Source: Octopus vulgaris
Lineage: Eukaryota
DNA length: 64,000 bases
Direction: 5' to 3'
Assembly: GCA_951406725.2 (NCBI GenBank)
Contig: OX597826.1
Coordinates: 44,144,001 to 44,208,000, forward strand
Below, piece after piece: positions 28,835-41,970 of the stretch; position 1 is the first letter of the stretch; every line of letters begins with the position of its first letter. A model generated the notes under the pieces. The model was not told the origin of the DNA, made no database searches, and was given only the letters and a program-made list of their open reading frames with translations. The translations under genes were made by a program, and so were the position numbers.

Positions 28835-29175
28835 GGTAAAGACCCCCTTCGGTCATGAGTGACCATGGGTTTGCACCTAGAGGTTACCCTCTGAGGCACA
28901 AGTCTGGGCAAGGTTGTTTTTATGGAAGACCAGTAGTCGCCCATGCATACCGGCCTCCCCTCTCCACGCCACCAGTGTTATCCAAGGGAAAGACAAAGGT
29001 CGATACAGCTTGGCACCTGTGACGTCGCAACTCCTTTCTACAGCTGAGTGAACTGGAGCAACGTGAAATAAAGTGTCTTGCTCAAGAACACAGCACGCAG
29101 CCCAGTCCGGGATTCGAACTTACAACCTCACGATCGTAAGCTCGACGCTCTAACCACTGAGCCATGCGCCTTCAC
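28831..29175 (-). mobile_element. tRNA-derived SINE, family C (CORE-like ttgagcaagacac), full length, inserted in (TA)n
   Basis: Head gtgaaggcgcatggctcagtggttagagcg...gttcgaatccc; close match to 63590-63923. Confidence 0.92.
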
Positions 29176-29189
29176 TTATATATATATAT

Positions 29190-30588
29190 ATATAATATTA
29201 AATTAGAGATAAAACCACTATTAGGCAAATCAAAAATTATTTAAATAATTTAAACTTATAAATTTTATATATATATACAAATATATATATATATATATAT
29301 GTATGTATATTTTTATATTTATATATTAATTAATCAATTAATTTATATATTTATTATTATTATTATTATTATTTTTTTAAATATCAAAAGTATTAAAAGT
29401 TTAAGAAAAGATAAAGAGTAAAACACTACGATCGTTTCATAGCTGTACCAATTCGAATAACAATAATTTAAATTCAATTAATAATTCGATTTATGGTTAC
29501 AGTCAATATTCAGGTTAATTGAGGTATTTTAAAAATAATCAGAAATATTTAAACAATATTTTTAAGATATAAATAATATAATTTTACTTATAATTAACTC
29601 TATTATAAAACTAGAAACTTAAAACTTAACAATTATTATGTTAAATATTAATTTTAATTTATAAGGTAAGAAACCCACCAATAATCTAATATCAGCAATA
29701 GTCTATATCTAATTACACAAATATAAAAAAAATGACTATTATATATCAATGAAAATATATAAATGTATATACATATTATAATTAAGATCTAAAATAATCT
29801 CTATAAATAAATATATATGCACATATAATAAATACCTAATAAATTAATTTTTCATATTTAAAGATGAAATAGCTAATTTCAAAAATACAAACAAACAAAC
29901 TGAAACAAACTTTCGGAAATCTTATTTAAAATACTTATAGAAATAATCAATTCGTAGTTATATAGTATCGAATAAATACTATAAATACTATAAATATAAT
30001 TATCAATGGGAATAACTAGCGAATATCAATTTAAAAAGACAATAACTAAGTTATGCTATTAAGTTAGACATGGCCTGGACCAATCTTTAGTCGAAACATA
30101 TCTAAGTTTATCAAAGTTTATCTAATTTTAATTATAAGAAATTTAAAACTACAATTAATACTATTAATACATGTATATACAAAAGCCTAACTTTAGACAC
30201 CTCGTATACTTGCTATCAAACAACAAATCTATCGTTAAGTAATATCTTACGAATAAACTTAAATTTAATATCTAATAATATAGAAAATTACGATAATTAG
30301 ATCATTACATAAACAACGATATTTACATAAGGAAAATATTATTACAACGAAAGACTTATAAAATATTAAAATTTACAATTTAAAGACCTTAAATATAAAT
30401 AAATACTTATCTTAGCGAGGTTTTGTAATGAACTACAAAATGAATTACAAAACCTCGCTAAGATAAGTATTTATTTATATTTAAGGTCTTTAAATTGTAA
30501 ATTTTAATATTTTATAAGTCTTTGGTGTAATAATATTTTCCTTATGTAAATATCGTTGCTTATGTAATGATCTAATTATCGTAATTTT
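29190..30588 (-). mobile_element. Extremely AT-rich TA-adjacent element with decayed HHR (29421-29520) and terminal fold-back (30284-30429 / 30444-30588)
   Basis: Minus strand CTGAATA..gactgtaacca/tggtacagc..GAAAC-gatc-GTA; ~145-bp near-perfect inverted arms. Confidence 0.6.
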
Positions 30589-30788
30589 GCCCGTAATCCA
30601 TTATTTTATTTGCTGATTAGAAACACCCAACCCTTGGTTGAATCATAACTGACTAAAACCTCTGCAGGTTCATCCGTTTGTAAATTTATTGTAAAATTAT
30701 TTTCATGTAAGAACAATTCCGGTCGAAGCAGATCAGCTGTTAACTAAATTGACTCTGGTAAATTAAGGTCACTTTATTTTAAAGGCCC

Positions 30789-31015
30789 TGAAAGGCACGT
30801 GATCTAGTGGTTAGGGGTTTTCACACACAATCGCAAGATCGTGTTTTCGATTCCCGCAGTAGGTGGTGCATTGTATTCTTGTGAAAAACACTTCATTTCA
30901 CGTAGCTTCCTACGATGGACTAGTATCCCGTTGAAATAAAATGTTGTGGTCTCGGCCACTTGTACACCATGGAAACCAAATAAACAGCCTTGTGAGTACT
31001 AGGAATTGAGACGAA
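30789..31015 (+). mobile_element. Old SINE related to family C
   Basis: gaaaggcacgtgatctagtggttagg..ttcgattccc..cacttcatttcacg. Confidence 0.65.
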
Positions 31016-31761
31016 GGTGATAATGATGAAACCGAAAAAGCAAATTTGTCTTTGGTGGGATTTGAAGTCAGAACTAATTAATCACATCAACTTGTCAAAC
31101 ATTCTACTGATTATGTTAATCCTCCACCATTACAAGACAGAAAAAAGATGGTAATTTTCTAGCCTTATCTATCTTCCATAACATTCTCGTTTGATGTTTA
31201 TAAGGAATACCATACACAATTCAATACTGGAACTGAAAATAGCATAAAAACAGAGTAAAACGATAGCTCTAATTCTGAGGAAAAATGTTCTCTTCTTCCG
31301 TTTTATAGACTTTACAACTATTAATATAATACTTAACATATCATACATAATTGACAGTGTCTTCTTAAAAGGTTATTTACTGCTAATAATCCAATTAATG
31401 TCTAACTCATTCTCTCTATTTTTTTCGGAAGGTCTGTTTGAGGTGGATCGGTTTGAAAATAAGCTAGGCCTTCATTGTTTGTAATTTCATAGTTTTCATT
31501 TTTGAGGCCCAGTTTGTATGGGATGTCTTTTGCATTGCTGTAGCGTGTTTGAGGTTTTCACTTATTTTCATGCTGTTAGTAGATTGTAACGTATAACTGA
31601 GGGTGTGTTATGCTTCGAGGAATAGTTTTAAGAATCCTTCTATTACTTAGTTATATTGTTAACGTTAAGTACTACATCATCTACGTTGATGGTGTGTTGA
31701 GCTGCACTTCCACAAAAAGCGCATAAAGTTGAGTTTTTTACCTTGTTAATTAATGTAAGAT

Positions 31762-31834
31762 GGGGAATTAGCTCAGATGGTAGAACGTGCACACATTATG
31801 CAAGGGGTACCGGGTTCGATACCTCGATTCTCCA
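31762..31834 (+). pseudogene. tRNA-Ala(AGC)-derived pseudogene
   Basis: GGGGAATTAGCTCAGATGGTAGAACG...GGTACCGGGTTCGATACCTCGATTCTCCA aligns base for base with the metazoan tRNA-Ala GGGGAATTAGCTCAAATGGTAGAGCG...ATTCTCCA, but the anticodon arm is disrupted. Confidence 0.85.
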
Positions 31835-31856
31835 AACGACGTCTCTCGAATTTTAA

Positions 31857-31925
31857 CAGGAGCAGGCGTGGTTCTGTGGTAAGAAGTTTGCTTCCCAACC
31901 ACATGGTTTCGGTTTCAGTTGCACG
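31857..31925 (+). mobile_element. SINE family A head fragment
   Basis: ggagcaggcgtggttctgtggtaagaagtttgcttcccaaccacatggtttcggtttcag. Confidence 0.8.
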
Positions 31926-32598
31926 CAAACACACATACAAACACAGGCACACAAACCCATATATTGAGGAAAGCATAGTAACTTATCGGTACAAAATGAG
32001 AGTTTTGATACATATTGTAGACTAAAATATTTGTTAATTTGTATATTTCTGATCAATCTAATTTCACAGCGGTGGCAAACATTTCTGGACCATAGAAGAA
32101 ATGCCTTGAAATGTCACAACCGAGGATAGCTTTTACAAAAACTGTTGGACATATTCGACGCTCATAAGGCTTAAGCTTGATAGGACTATTTTGTAGTGGT
32201 ATTTATGTTTGGTGAATACAAATTAAGCAAACCGCAAGCCCTGGAAAAAATGTGAGGTATCTTAGCGGTTTTGATTGGACGAAGCTTGTTGCAGAGGCGT
32301 TTATTTCTAGTATTAACGTTGTATACTGTCGCAGCTGGTGAAATAAAGGTTTAAGCGACAATAAAAATGTACATTATGTTGATTCTGATGTAACCAAGGC
32401 GCTATAATTATATACATACATAGATACATACATACATGGATAAATACACACATATAACTATATAACATGTGTCCGTGCGTGTATATGTATGTGTGTGTAT
32501 GTGTCTCCGTGTGCGTGTGTGTACGTGTGTGATCATGCGCGTGTGTGTCTGTGACTTCAGTAACACTTGAAATAGATGAAAGTGGAGATATGAGCGTT

Positions 32599-32658
<60 letters not shown>

Positions 32659-33127
32659 TTGTTGATCATATAGAATATTTTTTCAATTTTAAATTCGAAA
32701 ATCTAAAGAAGGAAATTAACATAAAAACATACTTATGAAAGCATATTGATTTTTAACTGATAAGTTTAAAAGCAGGAGTATAGAGCTATACCATTTTATT
32801 ATTTGAATAGGAATTGCGAAAATGTATATATATTATCCTATCCTTTCGACCAATGTGTATTTTCCTATGTCCTAACCAACAGTAAGCTTCAACAGTAGAT
32901 GATATTCATCAGTAAACAGCTTCAAGGAATTGAATTTTGTAAAACATGGCAGCCTTGAACATAAAAACGAAAAGGAGAGCAATTATGAAGAAATGGGCAA
33001 AGCTGTTTCATGTAAAAATATTGAAAGTTTATAAAAGATTAAATTTTCAATCTCTTTGGGGTTAATTCTGCCATTTTTCAACATATATTTAATAAACGTT
33101 CATGTATGTAAATCGAATATATATATG

Positions 33128-33181
<54 letters not shown>

Positions 33182-33289
33182 TGTGTTTGCATATATATGT
33201 AAAAATGTGTGTATATATATATGTATATATGTGTATATATACATATATGTATATATAAGTGTATATACATAGGAAGAATATATATATGC

Positions 33290-33321
<32 letters not shown>

Positions 33322-34657
33322 ATGTATATATACATCGATGTGTGTGTGTGTGTGTATGATCTATATATATATATATATATATAGGATGTTACCTTCGAGA
33401 ACGAAGAAAAAATATTTATTGAATAGATAAGAAGAGAAGGAAAGAAGCGATTATTTTCGAAATTGGTGTAGGAAACGTCGTCTTTCAGTATTATTCCCTT
33501 ATATTGCGTTTTATAAAGACATTTAATGAGTTTGTGGAAATTGCTCAACTATTAATAACGTCAACTGGAATGCCATTCCCTTTTTTTCTTAAGGAACTTA
33601 GGTATAATAAAGAAAACTCAGAAAGTAAATATATTGAATATCTGCAAACTCAATATCTTTCTTTTTTTGAAGAATAAAAAATAGAAAGCTCGTTTTGACA
33701 ACATGTAATATTATACCAACCTCTTCCTTATTTAATCGTTTGTGGAGAATGATTCTTCAGAATTGAAATTAAATCGTAGATTGTGTAAAATCTGGTGAAA
33801 TTGAGAACATAAAAAACCTAAAGAGAGTCAGGTAGGTGTAAATGATTGCTATACAATTCAGTTTCCTCCATTCTATCTATATATATATATATATTCCTTG
33901 CAGGAAGCAACAATAATTAATCGAATATAAAGGGATCGTAAGAAATATGTTCTAGAGTTGCAATCTTCACTCTGAAGGAAAAAATCAAATAAAGTAATAA
34001 GATAAAAATTGATTTTGTGAGTGCGCTTCGGAGGAGAAATAGGATAAAAACGATAAAAATGATGGACAAGAACAGTATAATATATCTTAGTTTAACCTTA
34101 TCGTATCACATCTCATAGGATAAAGCCATATAGGCAATTCTAGTTAAAATTTAAAGTAACTGAAAGGAAAGAATTTCAAACAAAATATTTCGCTTTTTAT
34201 CGAGTTAAAGACCACCGCAGGATATTTTGCTTTCCCATCTCATATTTGCGGACGTTGACTACCGTGAACCTGGGGCATACGTTGTAGTGTTTAGTTTATG
34301 AAAACAACCACAATATTCATCTTTTAACTTTGTGGTTTTCTATCGATGAATTTTTTGTTGCACTGCAAGTTTGCAGGAACGTAAAAAAAACCCTAAAAAT
34401 GTCCTCAAAAATTCAGAAACATTCGAGAATATTAGAATACTGGAGATGCACACTCACACACATATATATATACACACACACAGACAGACAAATATATTTG
34501 CTAAGTGTGCGTATATCTGTATATATGTGTGTATATATGTACATATGTGTGTGCGCGTGTGTGTGTGCGTGTGTGTATGTCTGCATGTATATATGTATGT
34601 ATATATGCATGTATGTATCTATTTCTTTATTCTTCTATTTTTTTATGTATATATATG

Positions 34658-34733
<76 letters not shown>

Positions 34734-34799
34734 TATATATGTATGTATATATATGTATATATATGTATATATATATTTTTCTATATATATATACATATA

Positions 34800-34892
<93 letters not shown>

Positions 34893-34895
34893 AAT

Positions 34896-35580
34896 AAAAA
34901 ATAAGGGTGAAGAAATTGGATATTAATTTTTTAATAACATCAATTTAACACCAAGAGGTTTAGAGCATAAAAACTGGGATACAGTAAAAATTAATACACA
35001 AATATAAGAGAGGGTCCACTATGTGGACGATCTTGCGCTAAAAGTAGATCTGCAATGGTCTCAACCACCAAGTAGTGGACCATTTCTTATATTTGTGTAT
35101 TAATTTTTACTGTATCCCAGTATTTATGCGCTAAACCACTTGGTGTTAAATTGATGTTATTAAATTAACATCCAATTTCTTCACCCTTATTTTTGATTTT
35201 AATTATACTGCAGTAAATTATTTATGCAGTATTTGTTTCCGTAATTTTGGCGCGCTATAACGAGGGCATTCGAATCATAACTGCGAATATAATAGACTGA
35301 ACCACACGTGTGTTTGGCTTTATGTTAAAATCTGGCGTGCGGTTCCATAACTTATATTCATGACGAATTCTACTGATGAGCTGTGGATCTATTATGTAAG
35401 TAACGTTGCATAATCCATTAACAGTGAAACAATTGTCTAGAATTAATCTACAATTTTGTTATTTTTCATTTGTCCTGCTCGTTTACGTTCATAGTTGTGC
35501 TAATTCTCCTTGGGAACAATTCTTGGCGGTTGAGACCATTGCGGATCTATTTTTAGCGCAAGAGCGTCCTCTCTTATATT

Positions 35581-35586
<6 letters not shown>
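34896..35586 (+). mobile_element. PLE-type pLTR insertion (inverted partial copy plus forward copy with HHR) between (TA)n tracts
   Basis: Arms 34896-35021 / 35073-35194; 35523-35586 is the reverse complement of about 34995-35072; HHR at 35366. Confidence 0.8.
35366..35444 (+). ncRNA. Type I hammerhead ribozyme, intact core, minimal palindromic stem III
   Basis: aattcta-CTGATGA-gctgt..ggat..ttatgtaa/ttgcataa..atcc..acagt-GAAAC-aatt-GTC^tagaatt. 7-bp stem I; predicted cleavage after 35437. Confidence 0.88.
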
Positions 35587-35634
<48 letters not shown>

Positions 35635-36828
35635 CATACATTTAACTCATACACCTGTTGTTTTCACACTCCTCTTCGTCTTTTGTTTTGTTTGTTTGGG
35701 TTTTGTACGTTGCAGCTTATATGCACATATATAAGTATATATACATATGTAAATATAAGTGTGTATATACGTACACATATTATTACATATACTCACCATG
35801 TACATTAAATATTTATATAATGTAAATTCAATTTGAAATGTATGAATTAATAGAACCATGTGGTAATTAGTAGAACGATCCTCCAGTGGAACTGGTTATA
35901 TGCCACATAATAATCGAACACCGAGAAGTGTAGTGTAGAATACTATGCAGCCGAAATGAAGTAGATACAGCCAATGAAATTATTTCATGAGACGTATATA
36001 AAACATAAATAGTTCGGAAGTATGAGAGATGAATATATTTATTCCATTGGATATTACGTCATGAAGGCTGGGAAACGGCTGTCATCTGACGGATACCGAT
36101 TCGTAAAATATATATAGTCATCTCATACCTCTTGACTTTTGATAAGTTATTTATGAGGTATACACACACGCGCGCGCACGGTGTGCGCAGGATCTCACAC
36201 ATATGTTAACCCTATTAACGAGGATTACTAAAAGATTAAATATCCCTATCACCATAATTTTTATAGCATGATTTGGATAAAATTTCCATATCAAATTTTA
36301 GAAAATGTTGCATGTGTCTACTGTTCCACTTACTGATTATACGACAGATGTTATTCAGCAGTCAGGTTGTCTTTGTAGTCCCCTATCTCAAGTTTTGAGA
36401 TTAGTATTTGGAGAACCAAAAACGTAAATACAATTAGTTTCTGAATCTGAATCTCTGGAGTTAAAATGTATGTCTCGAAGTAATCGTCAATAAATTTCAC
36501 TCATCTTTCTAGCTGATTATAAAAGAAGTGTTTACATCTTTGAAGCAGTAAATCTGTCTATGTATGTACTTTTAACTTTTCCGACAAAACCCCTTGTTAA
36601 AACGTAAAAGACATGCAAATACATACACCTGCAAATCGCATACATATATATGTGTGTATATATAAATGCGTTTATATATAAATACACACATACATATATA
36701 TACATATGCATATACATATACTTGTGTATCTATAACCACACGCGTACACACATTTATATAAATAACATAGACCATCATTGCCAAGGCCAGAAAATTTGTA
36801 AGAAACATATTTCAACTAACCTAAATTG

Positions 36829-36901
<73 letters not shown>

Positions 36902-37760
36902 CGATGGATATAAGCAGTTAAAATCTGTATGGTTTGGTGGTCTACTATCACCTGCATTTCGTGCTGTATTCCAAGGAATATACAATAAGATTGGAGTATA
37001 TGATTTTTCACAACTTAAATTTCGACTTGGTCACGAGGTTCGTCTAGTGCCCACGAAAACCTCAGAGATTCTTAATTTGATGAAGCGCACCCATACACTG
37101 GGGTTGCAACATCAGCGGAGATTCCTAGGCAACAGTATTGATGACTTGGTTTGATTTGCGCGACACATATTTTTCGCAGGTTCGTATGTTTAGCTGACCT
37201 GCAGTTTTTTACCATGTACATCTTGAGTTTGGAGATTTGGTCTCTACAATATTGCTAGGCGTCCATTCAATTTTAGTTGGTAGTCCATATACTGAGTATA
37301 AAATCAACTCTCGTATTCTACAGCAAGTTAATGGAAGATATGAGCATCTATGACCTAAGTGTTACAGGGACATTCTGATTCGGCTTTTCTAGACTATTTG
37401 GAACTGGAAATTATGGGCAATTTATAAAGATTCTTGTTAATGTGTGGATTTATCTCTCAGAGAGAAACTGTACAGGTGTGGCTATGCTGGTGCCATCAGT
37501 TACCCAAATTGTCCGAGATATACACAGGGTGGATCTTCAGAATGTTAAGTATCGAAAAGATCGTTGTTTTAAGCGTACCTATTTTCATTTCGTAATGAAA
37601 ATAGATAATTGTCTTCTTTTTGGTGGATATGGCTAAGAAAATTGTGTGGTAGAAAAGGTTTGTAAAACTTGGGGAAGTATATTTTAGTATCAGGTCAATG
37701 CTTTCCCAAATTCTTTAAGTACCACTTGAAGCCTAAGGTGAGGTCAGGGAACGAAATAAA

Positions 37761-38164
37761 TCTATCTATATCTATAAAGCTGAAGTTTTCTGTGCGTGGC
37801 AGGTTTGGTAGCCTTCAACTAACACTATCTCCTCCGAGACCCTGCGGCTCAAGTTGACTAAAATTGATAGAATGATAGTAGGAAAGAAGAAGGCTTGCTC
37901 TTCATTCCATAGAAGAAAAAATTCAAAACGGACCATGTTAACACTAAAAATTATTTACATCGAAAATGTGCTTTTTTTCTATGAAAATCCCTATCTTTTA
38001 TGACTTTTTTGACTGCTGTGTCGTCATTTTTGGGTGTATTTCAACCAGAAAAAATGTTCCCTTAAAGATAATAACAAGCTACATAATGCAAAAGTTTTAC
38101 TTTCCAAAAATTCCAATTCTAAAGGGTCGAAACAAACCCGAGCAACGCCGGGTGATACTGCTAG
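37761..38164 (+). mobile_element. Non-autonomous Helitron
   Basis: A|TC 5' end (tctatctatatctataaag), subterminal hairpin acccg-agcaacgc-cgggt, 3' CTAG|T, no TSD. Confidence 0.85.
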
Positions 38165-39104
38165 TTTATGATAGACATGACTGACACAACAGGATTGACT
38201 GAATAGGCTTACATTAAATATGCATCTCCAGCGTTATCACAGTAACACGCGCTACTATATTAGGGCAATCTGGTTGTACCAAAACATCCGAGGTGATAAC
38301 CCTCCCCTATTTTTGAAATCCTTGTTGGTATTTTGTTATTTCGTACAGTTATAGATATTTCTTAATATCTACCTAACAATGTATGTTCATTTTGTTGTAA
38401 ATCTCCCTCACCCCCACAGTGTTTCTCCTTACAACTGTCTCAATTTCTTGGGACTCTAGTCCAATAAAATTAATTATTCTTATTGTTTTTACTCTTGTTG
38501 TTGTTGCTGCTGCTGCTGTTGTTGTTGTTATCATGTTATTGTTGTTGCTATCGGAGAAAAACGCTACGAAGTTCATTAATGCTTGTCGAAATCAGAACTT
38601 TTCCTGGGAATATTTCTTCAAGTTTATCGATTTTACAGTTGAAGCATTGCTATTCCTGGCTATTAAAATTAGAAAAATTAATCTGAATTTTGTGATCAAT
38701 CAAATCTCCTGGAATGTTTTCTACTCCATTAAGTTTTACAAAACAAATTATTTTTCAGATATACTAATCTGCAACTTAATGGATTGCCTCAGCTCTCAAA
38801 TAAATGCAAGTTTACTCAAATAAAACGTACAAGAAATTTCTTCGGTTTATCTAATACAGGCTACTTGTATTCGCTTTGATGATTTCGTTTCGCGATAAGA
38901 GATTTTCTGAAAAATATATATAATTATGATACGTATGGGAGGACGAGTTGAGAGAAATAATTGTAGATCACTCACCCCTACACACACACACACACACACA
39001 CACATGCTCACAAGCACACGCACACACACACACACGTGTGTGTATACATGTATTATGTATATATTGATGACTGTAATAAGCATATATCGTTACATATATA
39101 TACC

Positions 39105-39260
39105 TGTGGGTGTATGGCAAGAAGCTTGCTTCTCATTCACATGGATCTGAGTTCAGTACCACTATATGGCACATTGGGCAGGTGTCTTGCATTATAGCAT
39201 TGGGCCTACCGAAACTAATCTGAGTGGATAGTGGATTTCTTAGATGGAAATTGAAAGTAA
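39105..39260 (+). mobile_element. SINE family A, degenerate 5' half
   Basis: gaagcttgcttc..gagttcagtaccact..ttgggcaggtgtctt. Confidence 0.75.
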
Positions 39261-39435
39261 AAATACATACATACACATGCATACCTACATACATACACGC
39301 ACACACACACACACACGCACACACACATACACACATATATAACTCAGATATGGGAGTGACAGTACTATTAAAATACCATGACTAGTGGCAAGCGAATACC
39401 AGCCGCACAGGTAAATTAATAAAATATACACACAA

Positions 39436-39489
<54 letters not shown>

Positions 39490-39495
39490 ACACAA

Positions 39496-39542
<47 letters not shown>

Positions 39543-39738
39543 AGACATGTACTTATAAATATATATATATATATACACAAGGTTACTACATGGGTACCTG
39601 CATCGCTAAAGATAGAAGTTAAAAATACTTCTGTGCCACAGAACAGTCACAAAATTAGTCCAGGCATGGTAGAAAAAAATTCCAGTGAACAATAAAATCA
39701 TTTTACCTCTGCTAGGTTAGCGAAAGTAATGCTGGTTA

Positions 39739-39797
39739 ATCTGATACCATGGTTTCCAAGGTAACTCCAAAACGGTGCCTGATTTCCTCAGTCAAAA
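39739..39797 (-). ncRNA. Type I HHR motif with imperfect stem II, in a ~255-bp TA-bounded segment
   Basis: Minus strand: ttttga-CTGAGGA-aatcaggcaccgttttggagttaccttg-GAAAC-catg-GTA-tcagat. Confidence 0.65.
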
Positions 39798-39831
39798 TCT
39801 GCCATCTAAGTACTACTGAAATTAACCCCCA

Positions 39832-39878
<47 letters not shown>

Positions 39879-40054
39879 TTATATGTAAATGTTATATGTG
39901 ACAATTATTCGGTAGCCATGATAAAACTCCGAGAGAGTAAATGTGAACGTAAACGAAAATAGAATATGTTATGACTAGTAAAAAACTTAGAACTGATGTA
40001 GCAATTCATATAACGCTCATGTCAAAAATACCAACTCCATTTACGTTAAAATCA

Positions 40055-40480
40055 TCTATTATATAAAATTCGTTCTGTCTGTCTGTGTGTGTGTCTTCTA
40101 GGATCCCGGGCATCCTCCATCCTATTGCGCTTAAATTTGATCTGTAGATACCGACGGTATCAGGGAGTGTATAAGTCTTGAAAAAATTACAAAAATCGAT
40201 TCCAGGTGAGAATGCGATTGATAAGCATATTTGTGTGAATATAATCGTTTTTCTTTGGAATAGAAAAAAAAAGTCCATATTTATGTCTTCTTTTGCTGGT
40301 GTTTCAAATTTAGGTTAAATCAGTGTTTCTCAAAGGGAAGTCCTATGGGACGGTCCGACAAGTTGCTTTGAGAAAATTTGGTTTAAATGTTTGACAACTC
40401 AGCACCGTCCATTGGAGTGGGGGAGGGCGTTTTGCTCGTAAATTTATACGAAAATTGTTGCAGAAGTAATTATTCTAAAA
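40055..40480 (+). mobile_element. Helitron-like 5' portion
   Basis: A|TCtattatataaaa followed by (ctgt)/(gt) repeats, typical of non-autonomous Helitron 5' ends; no 3' CTRR seen. Confidence 0.5.
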
Positions 40481-41789
40481 ATGTAAAGGAAAAACAAACC
40501 AATAACTAATCCCAGGAGAATCTTGTTTACGTTTCTTAACGGTTCAGTGATAAGGTGACCGTTAGAATAAGCCCTGGGATAGACATGATCGACAACAATT
40601 TCGAAGGTGGTGCACCAGCATGGCCGTAGTACAATAAATTAAATAAGTGAAAAATAAAAAGGTAAAAGAATATAAGATAAAGAATTTAATTTTTATATTC
40701 TGGAATCCAATCACTTTAATCCGATATAAATTTTCCTCGTTAATTATGATTGAAATAAATTCATTTGTCTGAATGCCGCACTTTGGTATTAGTGAAAATG
40801 ATTAATATTTGGAGTTAAATTTTAGAGAATTAGGGTACGGCCAACATGGATGGTTAAGGAGCTGACTTTGAAATCACGAGGACCCAGGTTCGATTAAAAT
40901 ACGTTGCATCTTGAGTGACTCGACACTAGCCTTGTGTGTGAAATTTCGTAGATGTAAACAGTGTGGAATCTCATCGGATGGTTTGTATTTGTAATTTCAA
41001 GATCCAGTTTTCTCAGTGTGTGTTATGTTGACTCCTACTTAGACTGATACACACTGTGGAAAGTGCAGCCATCTTGAAATTAATTCATAGAAGAGGTAAA
41101 TCAGTCAGTCGAAAGGCTCAATGCTCATCGTCAAAACTGTCGGAAATCCATTTAATAATTTATTTTTTCAAACGCAAATATACAATTTGAAATATCTTGC
41201 TGTCGTGCAAAAATCTCATGTCATATAACAAAAACATAAAAATTTAATAGAATTTTTATTGTTTTGATGTGGAAGTCAGCGATTCTTTAAATATTAACGC
41301 AGCACTTTTCAGTAGAGTAACATTGTCTATCATAGCTGATTTATGTGTGAATTATAGCTAATCACCATCTGTATGAGTTGCTGTCGGAATATGGTAGAGG
41401 TGACCTGATAAATTGAATAAACAAAATCTCTTGAAATATATGATGTTTAACCATCTCACGTGTCTTTTCTTCAGTTATCAGGATTCGTACAAAATTATGC
41501 TAAGTAACGCAGCTTTAAAATATTTTGAACTAATGGTATTGCGAATATTAAGCTGATTGAAAAAATGGACAGTACAGGAGTTTTCTCAGCTTTGTTAGTT
41601 TATCTTAATGGTAATCAACGGATATGATGCTCTCAGAATATGATGCTCTTAAAACTAATTAAAAATATTCAATAGGAATGTTTGGCTTCTGATGGCCAGA
41701 TATGCTGATTCTCGTCTTCAGTGGTTAAAATAAATGAGTGAATAAATAAGAAAAATAAATAAATAAACAGATAAAAATAAACTTTCAGT

Positions 41790-41970
41790 GTCTCAATACA
41801 AATCACAGGAGAGAAGGTGGAAGTCTGCTCTAATCTGCTGGAAACGTTTGAAATCAATGGAGACACGTAATATATTTTCAATGTGTTGACTGGGGATAAA
41901 ATGTGGGCGTATCTTAAAATTCCAGAAACGGATTTTGAATGAGACCAAACTAGCAAGATGATGTATTTTG
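41790..41970 (+). mobile_element. mariner transposase fragment
   Basis: KVEVCSNLL..GD..FNVLTGDKMWAY..PET resembles R..IC..LL...IVTGDETW.Y..PETK. Confidence 0.65.

Noticed and set aside
41787-41870. Apparent AG...GT-bounded exon on the plus strand
   Set aside because: The translation continues into a mariner TGD..W motif, so it is a TE relic.
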